In this document: one piece after another, positions 10,309 to 18,885 of the stretch
How positions within the stretch are numbered: position 1 is the stretch's first letter
How the letters are laid out: every line of letters begins with the position of its first letter
The notes under the pieces: generated by a model
Told to the model about the DNA's origin: nothing
Seen by the model: only the letters and a program-made list of their open reading frames with translations
The model's database searches: none
Position numbers and translations under genes: made by a program
Assembly (NCBI GenBank): GCA_014297435.1
Contig: JACOQA010000002.1
Span: 128,001 to 192,000, forward strand
Length of the DNA stretch: 64,000 nucleotides
DNA from: Candidatus Nanohaloarchaea archaeon
Lineage (GTDB): Archaea > Nanohalarchaeota > Nanosalinia > Nanosalinales > Nanosalinaceae
Reading direction: 5' to 3'

Positions 10309-10341
10309 TTACAGAAAAACACCTCGTGGCTCCGGAGCCGC

Positions 10342-10443
10342 CTAATTAAACATCTTGGCTCCGGCAAACATCCAATTAAAGTCAAACTTCATACCTGACA
10401 GCAGCTGTCCAGAAGAACGCGTTTTCGTGGTTGCTGCCGTCAT
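10342..10443 (-). CDS. Putative 33-aa leader peptide (uORF)
   Basis: MTAATTKTRSSGQLLSGMKFDFNWMFAGAKMFN*; TTTAAATT box about 25-33 nt upstream of the ATG. Confidence 0.45.
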   Translation of the reverse strand: MTAATTKTRSSGQLLSGMKFDFNWMFAGAKMFN

Positions 10444-10585
10444 AGGAGCGAAATTTGAGGCCAGATTAATTTAAATCTTATGAACCTCTCCTTCCTCGGC
10501 ACTCTCCTAAAAAGATAATCTGTGCCATCCTTGCAGGCCATTCACCTTTCTAAATATTAATCGCCTTTTGAATTAGCTTAAGCCT

Positions 10586-11536
10586 CTATAAATCGAACAT
10601 AGGCTCGCCCTCATCTAGGACCTTTCTATCATCAAACCAGACCGTAGGACTCTCGCATACAGTGTCCCAGTGAATTCCACAAGGGTTAGATCTTTCATCC
10701 GAAACATAAGTCGTGTTATCTCCGAAAGCAATATGGACTGTTCCAAGCACTTTCTCATCCTGTAGAACATTTCCGATTAATTCGGCTTCAGGGTTTGTAC
10801 CGAAACCGAACTCGGCGATTCTACGGGAACAAGGCTTTTCCTCGAACGCTTCAGCTAACTCAGAACTCTTAGCCTCTTCAGGATGCTCGATCGCCACGAC
10901 CTCGCCGTCTTCAATCTCAACCTTAGTTCCTGAAGGAGCGAACGGGAAGTGGTCTATCACAAGAACTCCGCTAATATTTTCGGGGAAGCCCCCAGTCTCT
11001 CCTGCAGGTATGTTCCCAATACCGCCTTTTTCCGTGATTATGCCCCCGTCCAGAATATATGTATCTATATCAACATCGAACTCTATCTTCGTCCCTGAAG
11101 GAGTTTCTATCCTCACTCTTTCGCTCTGTTCAAGCATAGAGTAGACTTTCTCCGTTATTTGGTCCACTCTCTCGTAGTCTGCCTGGATTGAGGTGTTCCA
11201 TACCTGCTTGTCCACTTGGGGAAGAGTTGCAACCCTCGAACCGGAATCACATGCTTCCTTCCTGGCTTCAGTGTGTGAAAGAGACTTGTTTGTCGGTGCG
11301 ATCACAACGTCAAACTCTTTCATTTTCTCCAAAACATTTTCCGGAGGTTCGTCACCATGGCTCTCAGGCTCCTCGTACTCTAGAAGTTGATGTTCAATAT
11401 CTTTTGACTTGAGAACTTCCAGTAGAGAATCAATAAGGTTTTGGTCGTTCGAATCGTTCAAGACCAGAACTTTTTCGTTTTCCTTGATTTTCAGGCACTG
11501 GTCAACTATTGTTTCTGCCCCCTTCTTCAGGCTCAT
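10586..11536 (-). CDS. Aminopeptidase, M29-like (archaeal leucyl aminopeptidase type)
   Basis: GNIPAGE, IAEFGFGTNP, DEKVLGTVHIAFGDN, IHWD. Confidence 0.9.
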   Translation of the reverse strand: MSLKKGAETIVDQCLKIKENEKVLVLNDSNDQNLIDSLLEVLKSKDIEHQLLEYEEPESHGDEPPENVLEKMKEFDVVIAPTNKSLSHTEARKEACDSGSRVATLPQVDKQVWNTSIQADYERVDQITEKVYSMLEQSERVRIETPSGTKIEFDVDIDTYILDGGIITEKGGIGNIPAGETGGFPENISGVLVIDHFPFAPSGTKVEIEDGEVVAIEHPEEAKSSELAEAFEEKPCSRRIAEFGFGTNPEAELIGNVLQDEKVLGTVHIAFGDNTTYVSDERSNPCGIHWDTVCESPTVWFDDRKVLDEGEPMFDL

Positions 11537-11581
11537 ATAATCTTATAGTTTTTCAGAGACGGAGTTAAGTTAGTGGCGGGA

Positions 11582-11779
11582 TCAGCTTAGTCTAACCGAA
11601 GTCCCTCTTCCGTTATCGACGAACTCTAGTTTTTCTTCGCGTGCCAGCCATCCGATCGCCATATTTACTTTGGTGCGCGGTGCATCAACTGCTTTTGTGA
11701 CTCCTGAAACGGAGGTTTCGCCCTCTTCTTCGAGGAAACGCCAAACGTAGCCAGCAAGTTCGCCCATTCTTTCCTGCAT
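11582..11779 (-). CDS. Winged-helix protein (DUF2582-like)
   Basis: GELAGYVWRFL...AIGWLAREEK. Confidence 0.82.
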   Translation of the reverse strand: MQERMGELAGYVWRFLEEEGETSVSGVTKAVDAPRTKVNMAIGWLAREEKLEFVDNGRGTSVRLS

Positions 11780-11869
11780 GGAACTAACCTAAGTTCTAAT
11801 TACCGGATCTGGTTTAAGTGGGTTCGGCATCGAACCCTTTAACACAATTACCTACCTAGTCGGTTCTGT

Positions 11870-11944
11870 GCCTCGGTGGCTCAGCCTGGCTAGAGCGGTC
11901 CCCTCGTAAGGGACAGATCCCGGGTTCAAATCCCGGTCGGGGCT
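11870..11944 (+). tRNA. tRNA-Thr(CGU), no intron, CCA not encoded
   Basis: Acceptor GCCTCGG/TCGGGGC with U73; anticodon arm GTCCC-CTCGTAA-GGGAC; T-arm CCGGG-TTCAAAT-CCCGG; T-tract downstream. Confidence 0.96.
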
Positions 11945-12030
11945 TCTGAGTTTTTTTCTAGATCAGCACCCCTTAACGTAAAGCATGCTTTACATTTTTA
12001 AATGTCAAGTTTCCTTTACACCATGTGAGG

Positions 12031-12429
12031 ATGAATCTAGAAAAATACGGACTTACACCTCGAAAAACATACTTTCTCGTGCTTATAACCGGAATGATAT
12101 TATCTGTGATAACTTTCAACATGGAAATGGAGCTTCTGGCTGCAGGAATAATAGTTGGCTCAGTAATGCTGCTTTCGCTCGTCAAGAGATCGGCCGAGAG
12201 ACCTGTTTTCGACGAGAGAGATATCAGCCTGGCAGAGGAATCAACCCATCAGGCAGTTATGTTTACAGGCGCTCTAGGCGGAGTTTTCATGATAATAGTC
12301 TCCATCGGGATGGGACTAGGGAAATGGGGTTACCCGGACTGGGCCGCACCCTACTTCCTAACCTGGGGCGGAATTGTCGGACTCGCAGCGCTGATAGAAG
12401 CATCAAAAAGACTTAGAGGGGTCAAATAA
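12031..12429 (+). CDS. DUF2178-type membrane protein
   Basis: TM helices with DERDISLAEES motif; paired with an XRE regulator. Confidence 0.75.
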   Translation: MNLEKYGLTPRKTYFLVLITGMILSVITFNMEMELLAAGIIVGSVMLLSLVKRSAERPVFDERDISLAEESTHQAVMFTGALGGVFMIIVSIGMGLGKWGYPDWAAPYFLTWGGIVGLAALIEASKRLRGVK

Positions 12430-12442
12430 CAATCTTGTTTAT

Positions 12443-12643
12443 ATGACCATAGAAAACGATCTTAGAGAGGTCCGATCAAAACAGGAGCTGACCCAGCAGG
12501 AACTCGGAGAAGCCATGGGCGTTTCGAGACAGACCATTAACGCTATAGAAACCGGCAAGTACAACCCCAGCCTCGAGTTGGCCCTCAAACTCTCAAGTTA
12601 TTTTGAGACAGAGGTGCAAAAACTCTTCAGAATAGAAGAATAA
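12443..12643 (+). CDS. XRE/Cro-type HTH transcriptional regulator
   Basis: LTQQELGEAMGVSRQTINAIETGKYNPSLELA. Confidence 0.93.
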   Translation: MTIENDLREVRSKQELTQQELGEAMGVSRQTINAIETGKYNPSLELALKLSSYFETEVQKLFRIEE

Positions 12644-12786
12644 AGTCCGACCAAACACTATTGTAGATCCAATCAACCATTTTTATTTCTCTCAATTGTT
12701 TTCTATGGATTTTAGAAATAATAGATACATTTACCTTCTTTTCAGTTCTAACAAACCGTTTATATCGAGTCCGGAAAGCTTTAGAC

Positions 12787-12921
12787 ATGCCTGGAGAAGA
12801 ATCAATCCCCAGAACGTTGATATCCGGGCAAAGTTCTTCAAGAAAACCAAGCCACGGGAGCTACGATTCCCAAGGGTTGCCTGTTAACTCCCCGAAACAG
12901 GCTTTACACAAAAGGAGGTGA
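12787..12921 (+). promoter_or_regulatory. Structured 5' leader / 44-codon uORF ahead of a SipW-type substrate
   Basis: TTTATATC box 12759-66; stems GCCTGGA/TCCGGGC, ATCAAT/GTTGAT, GGGAG/TTCCC, GCCTGTT/AACAGGC; open ATG 12787 to TGA 12921 overlapping SD GGAGGTGA. Confidence 0.5.
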
Positions 12922-12927
12922 GAATTT

Positions 12928-13776
12928 TTGAACAGACAGATCACAGTTTCACTCGTTGTAATCGGTCTAGTTGCCGCAGTTGCCGGAGCAGGTTCCGTAG
13001 CTGCTTCTGACAGCGACTCTAAGTACGACAAGGACTACTACAAGAACAAGGTTGACGTCCTCTCGGAGAAGGTGAGCGACATCGAGAAAGACCGTAACGA
13101 GTACAAAGAAAAGTTCCAGAAACAGAAAGAGGACTTTGAGAGCATGAAGAAGAAGCTCGAAGAGAAAGACAAAGAGATAGATCGGATGAAGGAGAAGCTC
13201 CGAGTTGAGAAAGACAGAAAGAACGAGTACAAGAACAAGTTCAACAAGCAGAAAGAACAAACAAAGAAATTCGAGTCTAAGTACCGGAAACAGAAGAGCG
13301 ATCTTCAGAAGTACCGGAAACAGCTCGATCAGCAGCAAGAAACAATTGAGAAGCTGAAGAAGAGCTACAGCCAATCCTACCTGAACTCTCAGGAAGGATA
13401 CGTCAAGAAGACGTACGTCAGAAGTTACGACAACAAGCTGAAGAAAGAAAAGGAAGCCAACAAAGAAACAAAAGACAAAGAGTCCTCAAGCAAGGAGAAG
13501 AACAAGGAGAAGAAAGACTCAAGCACTTACGACAAGAAGGATTCCGAGTCTAAGAAGAAGGACAGCTCCTACGAGAAGGATACAAGCGAGAAAGACAGTT
13601 CAGAGAAGTCTTATGAGAAGAAGCAGAGTGAATCCGACACAGAAAAGGATTATGAAGAGACAAACAAGTACAAGGAAAGCGAAGAAGACAGCTCCTACAA
13701 GAAGAACTCAGAGGAGTATGAGGAGAACGAGTCAGTTGACAAGAAAGAGCAGGAATCTGAGGAAGAGAAACACTAA
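12928..13776 (+). CDS. Secreted Lys/Glu-rich coiled-coil protein with SipW-type signal peptide
   Basis: MNRQITVSLVVIGLVAAVAGAGSVA-SD resembles the signal peptide of 15558; TTG start with strong SD. Confidence 0.75.
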   Translation: MNRQITVSLVVIGLVAAVAGAGSVAASDSDSKYDKDYYKNKVDVLSEKVSDIEKDRNEYKEKFQKQKEDFESMKKKLEEKDKEIDRMKEKLRVEKDRKNEYKNKFNKQKEQTKKFESKYRKQKSDLQKYRKQLDQQQETIEKLKKSYSQSYLNSQEGYVKKTYVRSYDNKLKKEKEANKETKDKESSSKEKNKEKKDSSTYDKKDSESKKKDSSYEKDTSEKDSSEKSYEKKQSESDTEKDYEETNKYKESEEDSSYKKNSEEYEENESVDKKEQESEEEKH

Positions 13777-13783
13777 AGGTACG

Positions 13784-13808
13784 AGGGGGTTATCGGCCCC
13801 CCCTTTCT
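13784..13808 (+). terminator. Hairpin terminator candidate
   Basis: GGGGGTT-ATC-GGCCCCC followed by pyrimidines, right after the stop codon. Confidence 0.55.
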
Positions 13809-13902
13809 CACACCTCATATAGCTTTCTAAGACGTTAAAAGACCGCATTATTGCCCGGTACAATATACATCCTTAAAATAAAGTAGGCGAATACCTTGAA
13901 CC

Positions 13903-14550
13903 ATGACGGTTGGTGACGAAGGCAATCATATCTACAGAATCGCAGAGTCAGAGTTTTACGAAAACCCTGCTAAAATATTCTCGCTCGACTACTATACACG
14001 CGAAAATGGCGGCGAGGACGAATTCTCCCGCAAACAGATCTGGTTCCAGGTTTATGGCGACGAAGAAATAGAAAAAGAGTTTAACAAACGTCTTACACGT
14101 CTTTTCCAACAACACTTCAACAATGGCGACTGGGACTTTGTTACGATGTATCCTACCCATGTCAAGGGCGAAGTTAACCCACACATGAAGAAGTTGATAG
14201 AGGATATAGCAGAAGACTTGGATCTCGAGTACAGCCAAGTTCTAAGACGTAACGAGACAATCGAAGAGAACCACGAGCTGGAGTCGCCTAGAAAGAAGAT
14301 AGTGAACGTTGAAGGAACCGTTGACATAACTGAAGACGTTGAGGGAAAGAACGTAATAGTAGTGGATAACATAGCTATTAGTGGCACTTCACTTCTTCAC
14401 GCCACCAACAGGCTTTACGAGGCAGGCGCTAAAAAGGTTGCTTCTGTAACATTAGGTGTTTCTAAGGAGCATCGTGAAGACGACATGTTTATCGAAAACG
14501 ATGCCAGTGCAAAGAAAATCATGAAAAAAACAACCAGCGAGGGTTCTTAA
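13903..14550 (+). CDS. Phosphoribosyltransferase-fold protein (ComF-like)
   Basis: GKNVIVVDNIAISGTSL...AGAKKV PRPP-binding loop. Confidence 0.8.
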   Translation: MTVGDEGNHIYRIAESEFYENPAKIFSLDYYTRENGGEDEFSRKQIWFQVYGDEEIEKEFNKRLTRLFQQHFNNGDWDFVTMYPTHVKGEVNPHMKKLIEDIAEDLDLEYSQVLRRNETIEENHELESPRKKIVNVEGTVDITEDVEGKNVIVVDNIAISGTSLLHATNRLYEAGAKKVASVTLGVSKEHREDDMFIENDASAKKIMKKTTSEGS

Positions 14551-14553
14551 ATA

Positions 14554-14838
14554 ATGAAAGACTTTTTTCTTAACGAAAAACCAGTTATGGCTCTAGTAAC
14601 GATCAGAAAGCATAGAGATGACGTCTATGGGAGCTTAATTTCGCAGAAGATAGACACGACGTACGCCCATACCGTTAAGATTCTTTCCAGGATGGAGGAT
14701 CACGATCTTATTGAGACGGAGAAGAAGGGTAGGAAGAAGATTCTCACTCTCACCGACAAGGGTGAGGAATATGCAGACCACTTTATAGAGCTGATTAACT
14801 GCTTTGAAGACAATCAGATAGAGAAACAGAGCCCATAA
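14554..14838 (+). CDS. Winged-helix (MarR-like) DNA-binding protein
   Basis: FLNEKP, IDTTYAHTVKIL, KKGRKKILTLTDKG. Confidence 0.85.
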   Translation: MKDFFLNEKPVMALVTIRKHRDDVYGSLISQKIDTTYAHTVKILSRMEDHDLIETEKKGRKKILTLTDKGEEYADHFIELINCFEDNQIEKQSP

Positions 14839-14959
14839 TACAATCACAATATTTTGGTAGGTCACAAGCCTTGTAGTAATCCACTAGTATAGCCTAGTAA
14901 TAGAAAGAAAGCATAGCATGTTTAATAAGGTCTAAGCAGGGTATTTACTCCCTGTGACG

Positions 14960-15271
14960 ATGAGCGACCCAGAAGAGATAGAGAAGCTGTTCCTCAAGAA
15001 CAAGCCGGTGAAGATCATAGTCAAAATCCGGATGCAAAGGGACGAAAACTACGCCCTCCAACTCTCAAAGGAAGTAGACGCCACCTACTCCCATACAGTT
15101 AAAGTCCTCCAGAACATGGAGGAACACGACCTGGTGAAGTTCAAGAGAGAGGGTCGGAAGAAGATAGTCGAACTAACAGAGGATGGAGAAAGAATCGCGA
15201 AGGCCTTCAAGGAAGTCTATGATGAGATTGAGAAGACCGATGGCGAAAATTCCATCATCAGGAGGGCATAA
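14960..15271 (+). CDS. Winged-helix (MarR-like) protein, paralogue of 14554
   Basis: FLKNKP, VDATYSHTVKVL, REGRKKIVELTEDG. Confidence 0.85.
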   Translation: MSDPEEIEKLFLKNKPVKIIVKIRMQRDENYALQLSKEVDATYSHTVKVLQNMEEHDLVKFKREGRKKIVELTEDGERIAKAFKEVYDEIEKTDGENSIIRRA

Positions 15272-15557
15272 AAAAATTTTACGAACTACCTTGCGAAACT
15301 TCTCTGATAAAATAACACATTCCTCTGGTCGGAGATATTTCTAAACATCTAACCAAAAATACTGCTTCAGAACACCAATCCTGGTTCTACACAACCTTTG
15401 AAAGGTAAAAAAGGTATTATAAGACATCTTCAAACACAATAGTTGTGGTAAAGCCGATAATTGTCCTCCATGCGATCTAGAGGCTACTTTAAAGGCTTTT
15501 CAACTTCCACAGACATCAAAACCTGAATTAAACACACTAAGAGGTGACTATTACTCT

Positions 15558-16970
15558 ATGAAGAAAAAGATTTTAACATCTCTAATCATCGTAGGATTGG
15601 CAGCAGTAACAGCAGGCGCAGGAACCTCCGCCTATTTCAACGACACAGAGACAAGCCAAGACAACACATTCCAAACTGGCTCACTCGATCTACAAGTGAA
15701 CTGGGATGAAAAGTACAACGGAGAGAAAGTAGAAAACTCGAACTATACCGACAACCCCGGACCTATCTTCGGTCTTTCAGACATTAAGCCCGGAGATCAC
15801 GGTCAGGCTAAAGTCGGACTAAGAATCTACGACAACCCCGGACATCTGTTCATGAGGATCAAGGAGAAAGCAGACAAGGAAAACGGAATCAGCGAACCAG
15901 AGCGACAGATCGGAGACACAGATCCTGACGGCGAACTTGATAGCAGAATCAAGTTCAGAATCTGGTACGACGATGGCGACGGCATCAAACAGGACGACGA
16001 GAAAACACTGTTCTACGGAACAGGTCAGGAAATGGTCGAAAGTAACCTGGGCGAAGGACATTTCCTAGCACAGGAATTCTGGAACAGTGAAGCTTCCGAA
16101 AAGAAAAGACATCTAGGAGTCGAATGGTGGCTTCCAAAACACGTAGGAAACGAAGCCCAGTCAGACCTACTTAAGTACGACTTCGAGTTCTACACGGAAC
16201 AGAAGAGACACAACGAAAACCCGAACAACCCATGGAACTCAGGCGACAAAGAACCTGAAGAACCAGAAGAGCCTGAGAACCCAGAACCGCCTGAAGACCC
16301 TGAAGGAAACGAAACAGAAAACTACAACCAGACAACAAACTACACAGTAACACAGGGAGACGAAACCTATGAAGTAACAGCAATCAACGGCGACCAGACG
16401 GTTGAAGAGTTCTATGAGTACCAGCTACCTGAAGACCAGCAAACCGAAGAAAACGGAGCTATCAGCGAAGGAAACTTCAACTGGGGATCCAAAGGAACCT
16501 TCAACCTTCAGAAAGAAGACGGATCCGTCCTAATGCTGTACAACGGAACTGACGGATTAAGCCTAGTCGCTGTACACGGAAAAGCAAACAGTTACTCCGA
16601 CAACGGTGGCGGATCAGTAAGTTTCACAGTTCAAAACCTTGGTGACGGCAACTGGGATGTCAAGGACGATCTCTACAGGAAGGATAACGGCGAGCTATCA
16701 GGCAGCAACTACGACCGCTGGGACGTAGACTCTTCGCCCCACAGGATCAACTGGACCTGGGGCGACGGAGGAACAGACGGCGGAGCTTTCAACGGACTAG
16801 GAAACAGCTTCGATTTCACAATCGAACCACGTTTCAACGAGGAGGCGCCGCTCTACAACGAGTACTACGACGGCGACTTGGAGACATGGGAGATCTTATC
16901 CGGAGACAGAGAAAACCCTGAAAGGATTGAGCTAGACATGGACGAGCCAATCACGGTTTCGTCCAACTAG
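15558..16970 (+). CDS. TasA/camelysin-like protein with SipW-dependent signal peptide
   Basis: MKKKILTSLIIVGLAAVTAGAGTSAYFNDTETSQDNTFQTGSLDL, DIKPGD, VGNEAQSD; Pro/Glu linker and C-terminal beta domain. Confidence 0.88.
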   Translation: MKKKILTSLIIVGLAAVTAGAGTSAYFNDTETSQDNTFQTGSLDLQVNWDEKYNGEKVENSNYTDNPGPIFGLSDIKPGDHGQAKVGLRIYDNPGHLFMRIKEKADKENGISEPERQIGDTDPDGELDSRIKFRIWYDDGDGIKQDDEKTLFYGTGQEMVESNLGEGHFLAQEFWNSEASEKKRHLGVEWWLPKHVGNEAQSDLLKYDFEFYTEQKRHNENPNNPWNSGDKEPEEPEEPENPEPPEDPEGNETENYNQTTNYTVTQGDETYEVTAINGDQTVEEFYEYQLPEDQQTEENGAISEGNFNWGSKGTFNLQKEDGSVLMLYNGTDGLSLVAVHGKANSYSDNGGGSVSFTVQNLGDGNWDVKDDLYRKDNGELSGSNYDRWDVDSSPHRINWTWGDGGTDGGAFNGLGNSFDFTIEPRFNEEAPLYNEYYDGDLETWEILSGDRENPERIELDMDEPITVSSN

Positions 16971-16995
16971 CTCCTTCTCTCTTTCTTCTTTATTT

Positions 16996-17508
16996 ATGAA
17001 ACCTTCTTATATTGCGATTTCGATCGCAGGACTGATACTTTTAGCGCCTTTCCTAGCTTTAGCTTTCCCTTTCTTGCTTGGCGCTTCGAAGACCTTCGTG
17101 GTTACCTCCGGATCTATGGAACCAGGCATACCTACAGGATCAGTGATATGGGTTTCGGACACTCCACCCTCTGAAATCAGACAGGGAGACGTCATAACAT
17201 TCAACCAAGGCTCAGGTAACACCGTGACACACCGAGTGGTTAACGTCACAGAGGAAGAAAACCCTAGGTTTAAGACTAAGGGTGATGCCAACACGGAACC
17301 GGATCCAGGATATGTTGAACCAAATCAGCTTGTTGGAAAAGTAAATTTCAGCGTTCCTTACTTAGGTTATATAGCTGAATGGACAGGATCCTCTATAGGA
17401 CTTATATTACTGGTCGTGATACCTGCATTAGGCATTATAGGTCTTGAATTATCTGAACTCTATAACACCATGAGGGAAGAGCAGGAGGAAGATTATTCAG
17501 GTTTCTGA
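16996..17508 (+). CDS. sipW: Signal peptidase I, SipW type
   Basis: VTSGSMEP, GDVITF, VTHRV, TKGDAN..PD; follows the TasA-like gene. Confidence 0.92.
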   Translation: MKPSYIAISIAGLILLAPFLALAFPFLLGASKTFVVTSGSMEPGIPTGSVIWVSDTPPSEIRQGDVITFNQGSGNTVTHRVVNVTEEENPRFKTKGDANTEPDPGYVEPNQLVGKVNFSVPYLGYIAEWTGSSIGLILLVVIPALGIIGLELSELYNTMREEQEEDYSGF

Positions 17509-18629
17509 GGCATTTTAACCTCTTCTTTTGTAAGAATACGGAGCTGACTTGAGTTAGCGTATCCAGAACGCGACATGCCTACAATAAAGTCAGCTTCAAG
17601 CTCCTCTGCCTCCTCAACATTTGATTCTTCCACCTCGCCATCTATAACAACTGCTTTACAAGACTCGGTATCCGCTTCCCCAAGCTTGTCTAGAGGCATC
17701 TTTTCCTCAACTTTAATCTCAGAATTCAGAACATAAGCCGCTCTGGTTCCTATAATATCCTGGACATGCCCGCCCAATGATTCAAGAACCTCTTCACTAA
17801 CTTCATCGTTCTCGGGTTCTTCGGCGTAACGGAACTGTTCTTTGTCTCTTAGAGCTTTGTAGATTTCTTCTTTACCTAGTTCTTCGACCTCTTTGTTTTC
17901 GGGCGCCCGAGCCACATAGTCAGGATCGGATTTTTCCTCCAGTTCCTTGAGTATCAAGTCTCCGCCTCTATCACCGTCGAGGAACGGCGTAATTTTTTTC
18001 TCACTAGGTAAGAGACCGATGTTTTCAGGTATCGATGTGCCTCCTACTGCAATCGCGTTTCTTACGCCGTTTGAAAGAAGGTTTAACAGATCTGCACGAC
18101 CTTCAACAATAATAATTTCTTCAGAAGAATTTGCTTCAGGACCGGCCTGGAAACCTTTGTACTCTGTCAATTCTGTCGTTCTGACTTCTTGCTTGACCTC
18201 GTCGGTTATCTTGCCTTTCTCAGGTGTATCATCCTGCATTTCTTTCAAAAGCTGCTTGGCTCTCTTTACAATATAGTCTCTCTTAGTAGTTCTTTCATCT
18301 CTGATCTCTTCAACAGTTATATCGGCATTCGTGGGACCTACTCTCTCTATTGTTTCAAGTGAAGCTCCTAATAAGGCTGTTTCTGTTGCGTTCAATGAAG
18401 AAGGAATTTTTATTTCGGCTGTAGATCTACCCTCTTCCTCTTTTACCTGCACGTCGATCCTGCCCACTCTGCCTCTCTCCTGTAACTCCCTTAAGTCCAG
18501 TTCGTCTCCGAGTAGACCTTCTGTCTGTCCGAATATCGCTCCGACTATGTCTGGTTTTTCAACTAGACCTGTAGATTCTAGCTTTGCCTCTATCATGTAC
18601 TTTACAGAATTTTGTGCTACTTTTCCCAT
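17493..18629 (-). CDS. dnaG: Archaeal DnaG primase
   Basis: VEKPDIVGAIFGQTEGLLG, IIVEGRADLLNL, FLDGDRGGDLI (TOPRIM). Confidence 0.96.
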   Translation of the reverse strand: MGKVAQNSVKYMIEAKLESTGLVEKPDIVGAIFGQTEGLLGDELDLRELQERGRVGRIDVQVKEEEGRSTAEIKIPSSLNATETALLGASLETIERVGPTNADITVEEIRDERTTKRDYIVKRAKQLLKEMQDDTPEKGKITDEVKQEVRTTELTEYKGFQAGPEANSSEEIIIVEGRADLLNLLSNGVRNAIAVGGTSIPENIGLLPSEKKITPFLDGDRGGDLILKELEEKSDPDYVARAPENKEVEELGKEEIYKALRDKEQFRYAEEPENDEVSEEVLESLGGHVQDIIGTRAAYVLNSEIKVEEKMPLDKLGEADTESCKAVVIDGEVEESNVEEAEELEADFIVGMSRSGYANSSQLRILTKEEVKMPQKPE

Positions 18630-18880
18630 TTTTTAGAAGCCTCTTTGATCTTTTCTTCGAATTTTTGCTTGCTCATCTCGAGCTTGAGCTCTTTTCTCCT
18701 TGATTTTGTCCCAGAGACTATTCCCGGACGCTCCCCCAGTATTTTTTCGAGACGGGACCTAAGTTCTGCGTTTGCCCTGCCATTTTCAGCCCTGTTCTCC
18801 AAGTAGATCTTCGGCATAAAACCGGTTTCTACCTTGAAATTTTTCGAGTCAGGCTCTACCTTTACTTTGACAGTGGTCAT
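18617..18880 (-). CDS. DUF167 (YggU/UPF0235) family protein
   Basis: VKVKVEP, AENGRANAEL, IVSGTKSRRKEL. Confidence 0.8.
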   Translation of the reverse strand: MTTVKVKVEPDSKNFKVETGFMPKIYLENRAENGRANAELRSRLEKILGERPGIVSGTKSRRKELKLEMSKQKFEEKIKEASKKWEK

Positions 18881-18885
18881 AGTAT

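Noticed and set aside
16252-16305. EPEEPEEPENPEPPEDPE repeat
   Set aside because: Ordinary Pro/Glu inter-domain linker of a surface protein
11870-17508. Integrated element at tRNA-Thr
   Set aside because: No integrase and no duplicated tRNA 3' end seen
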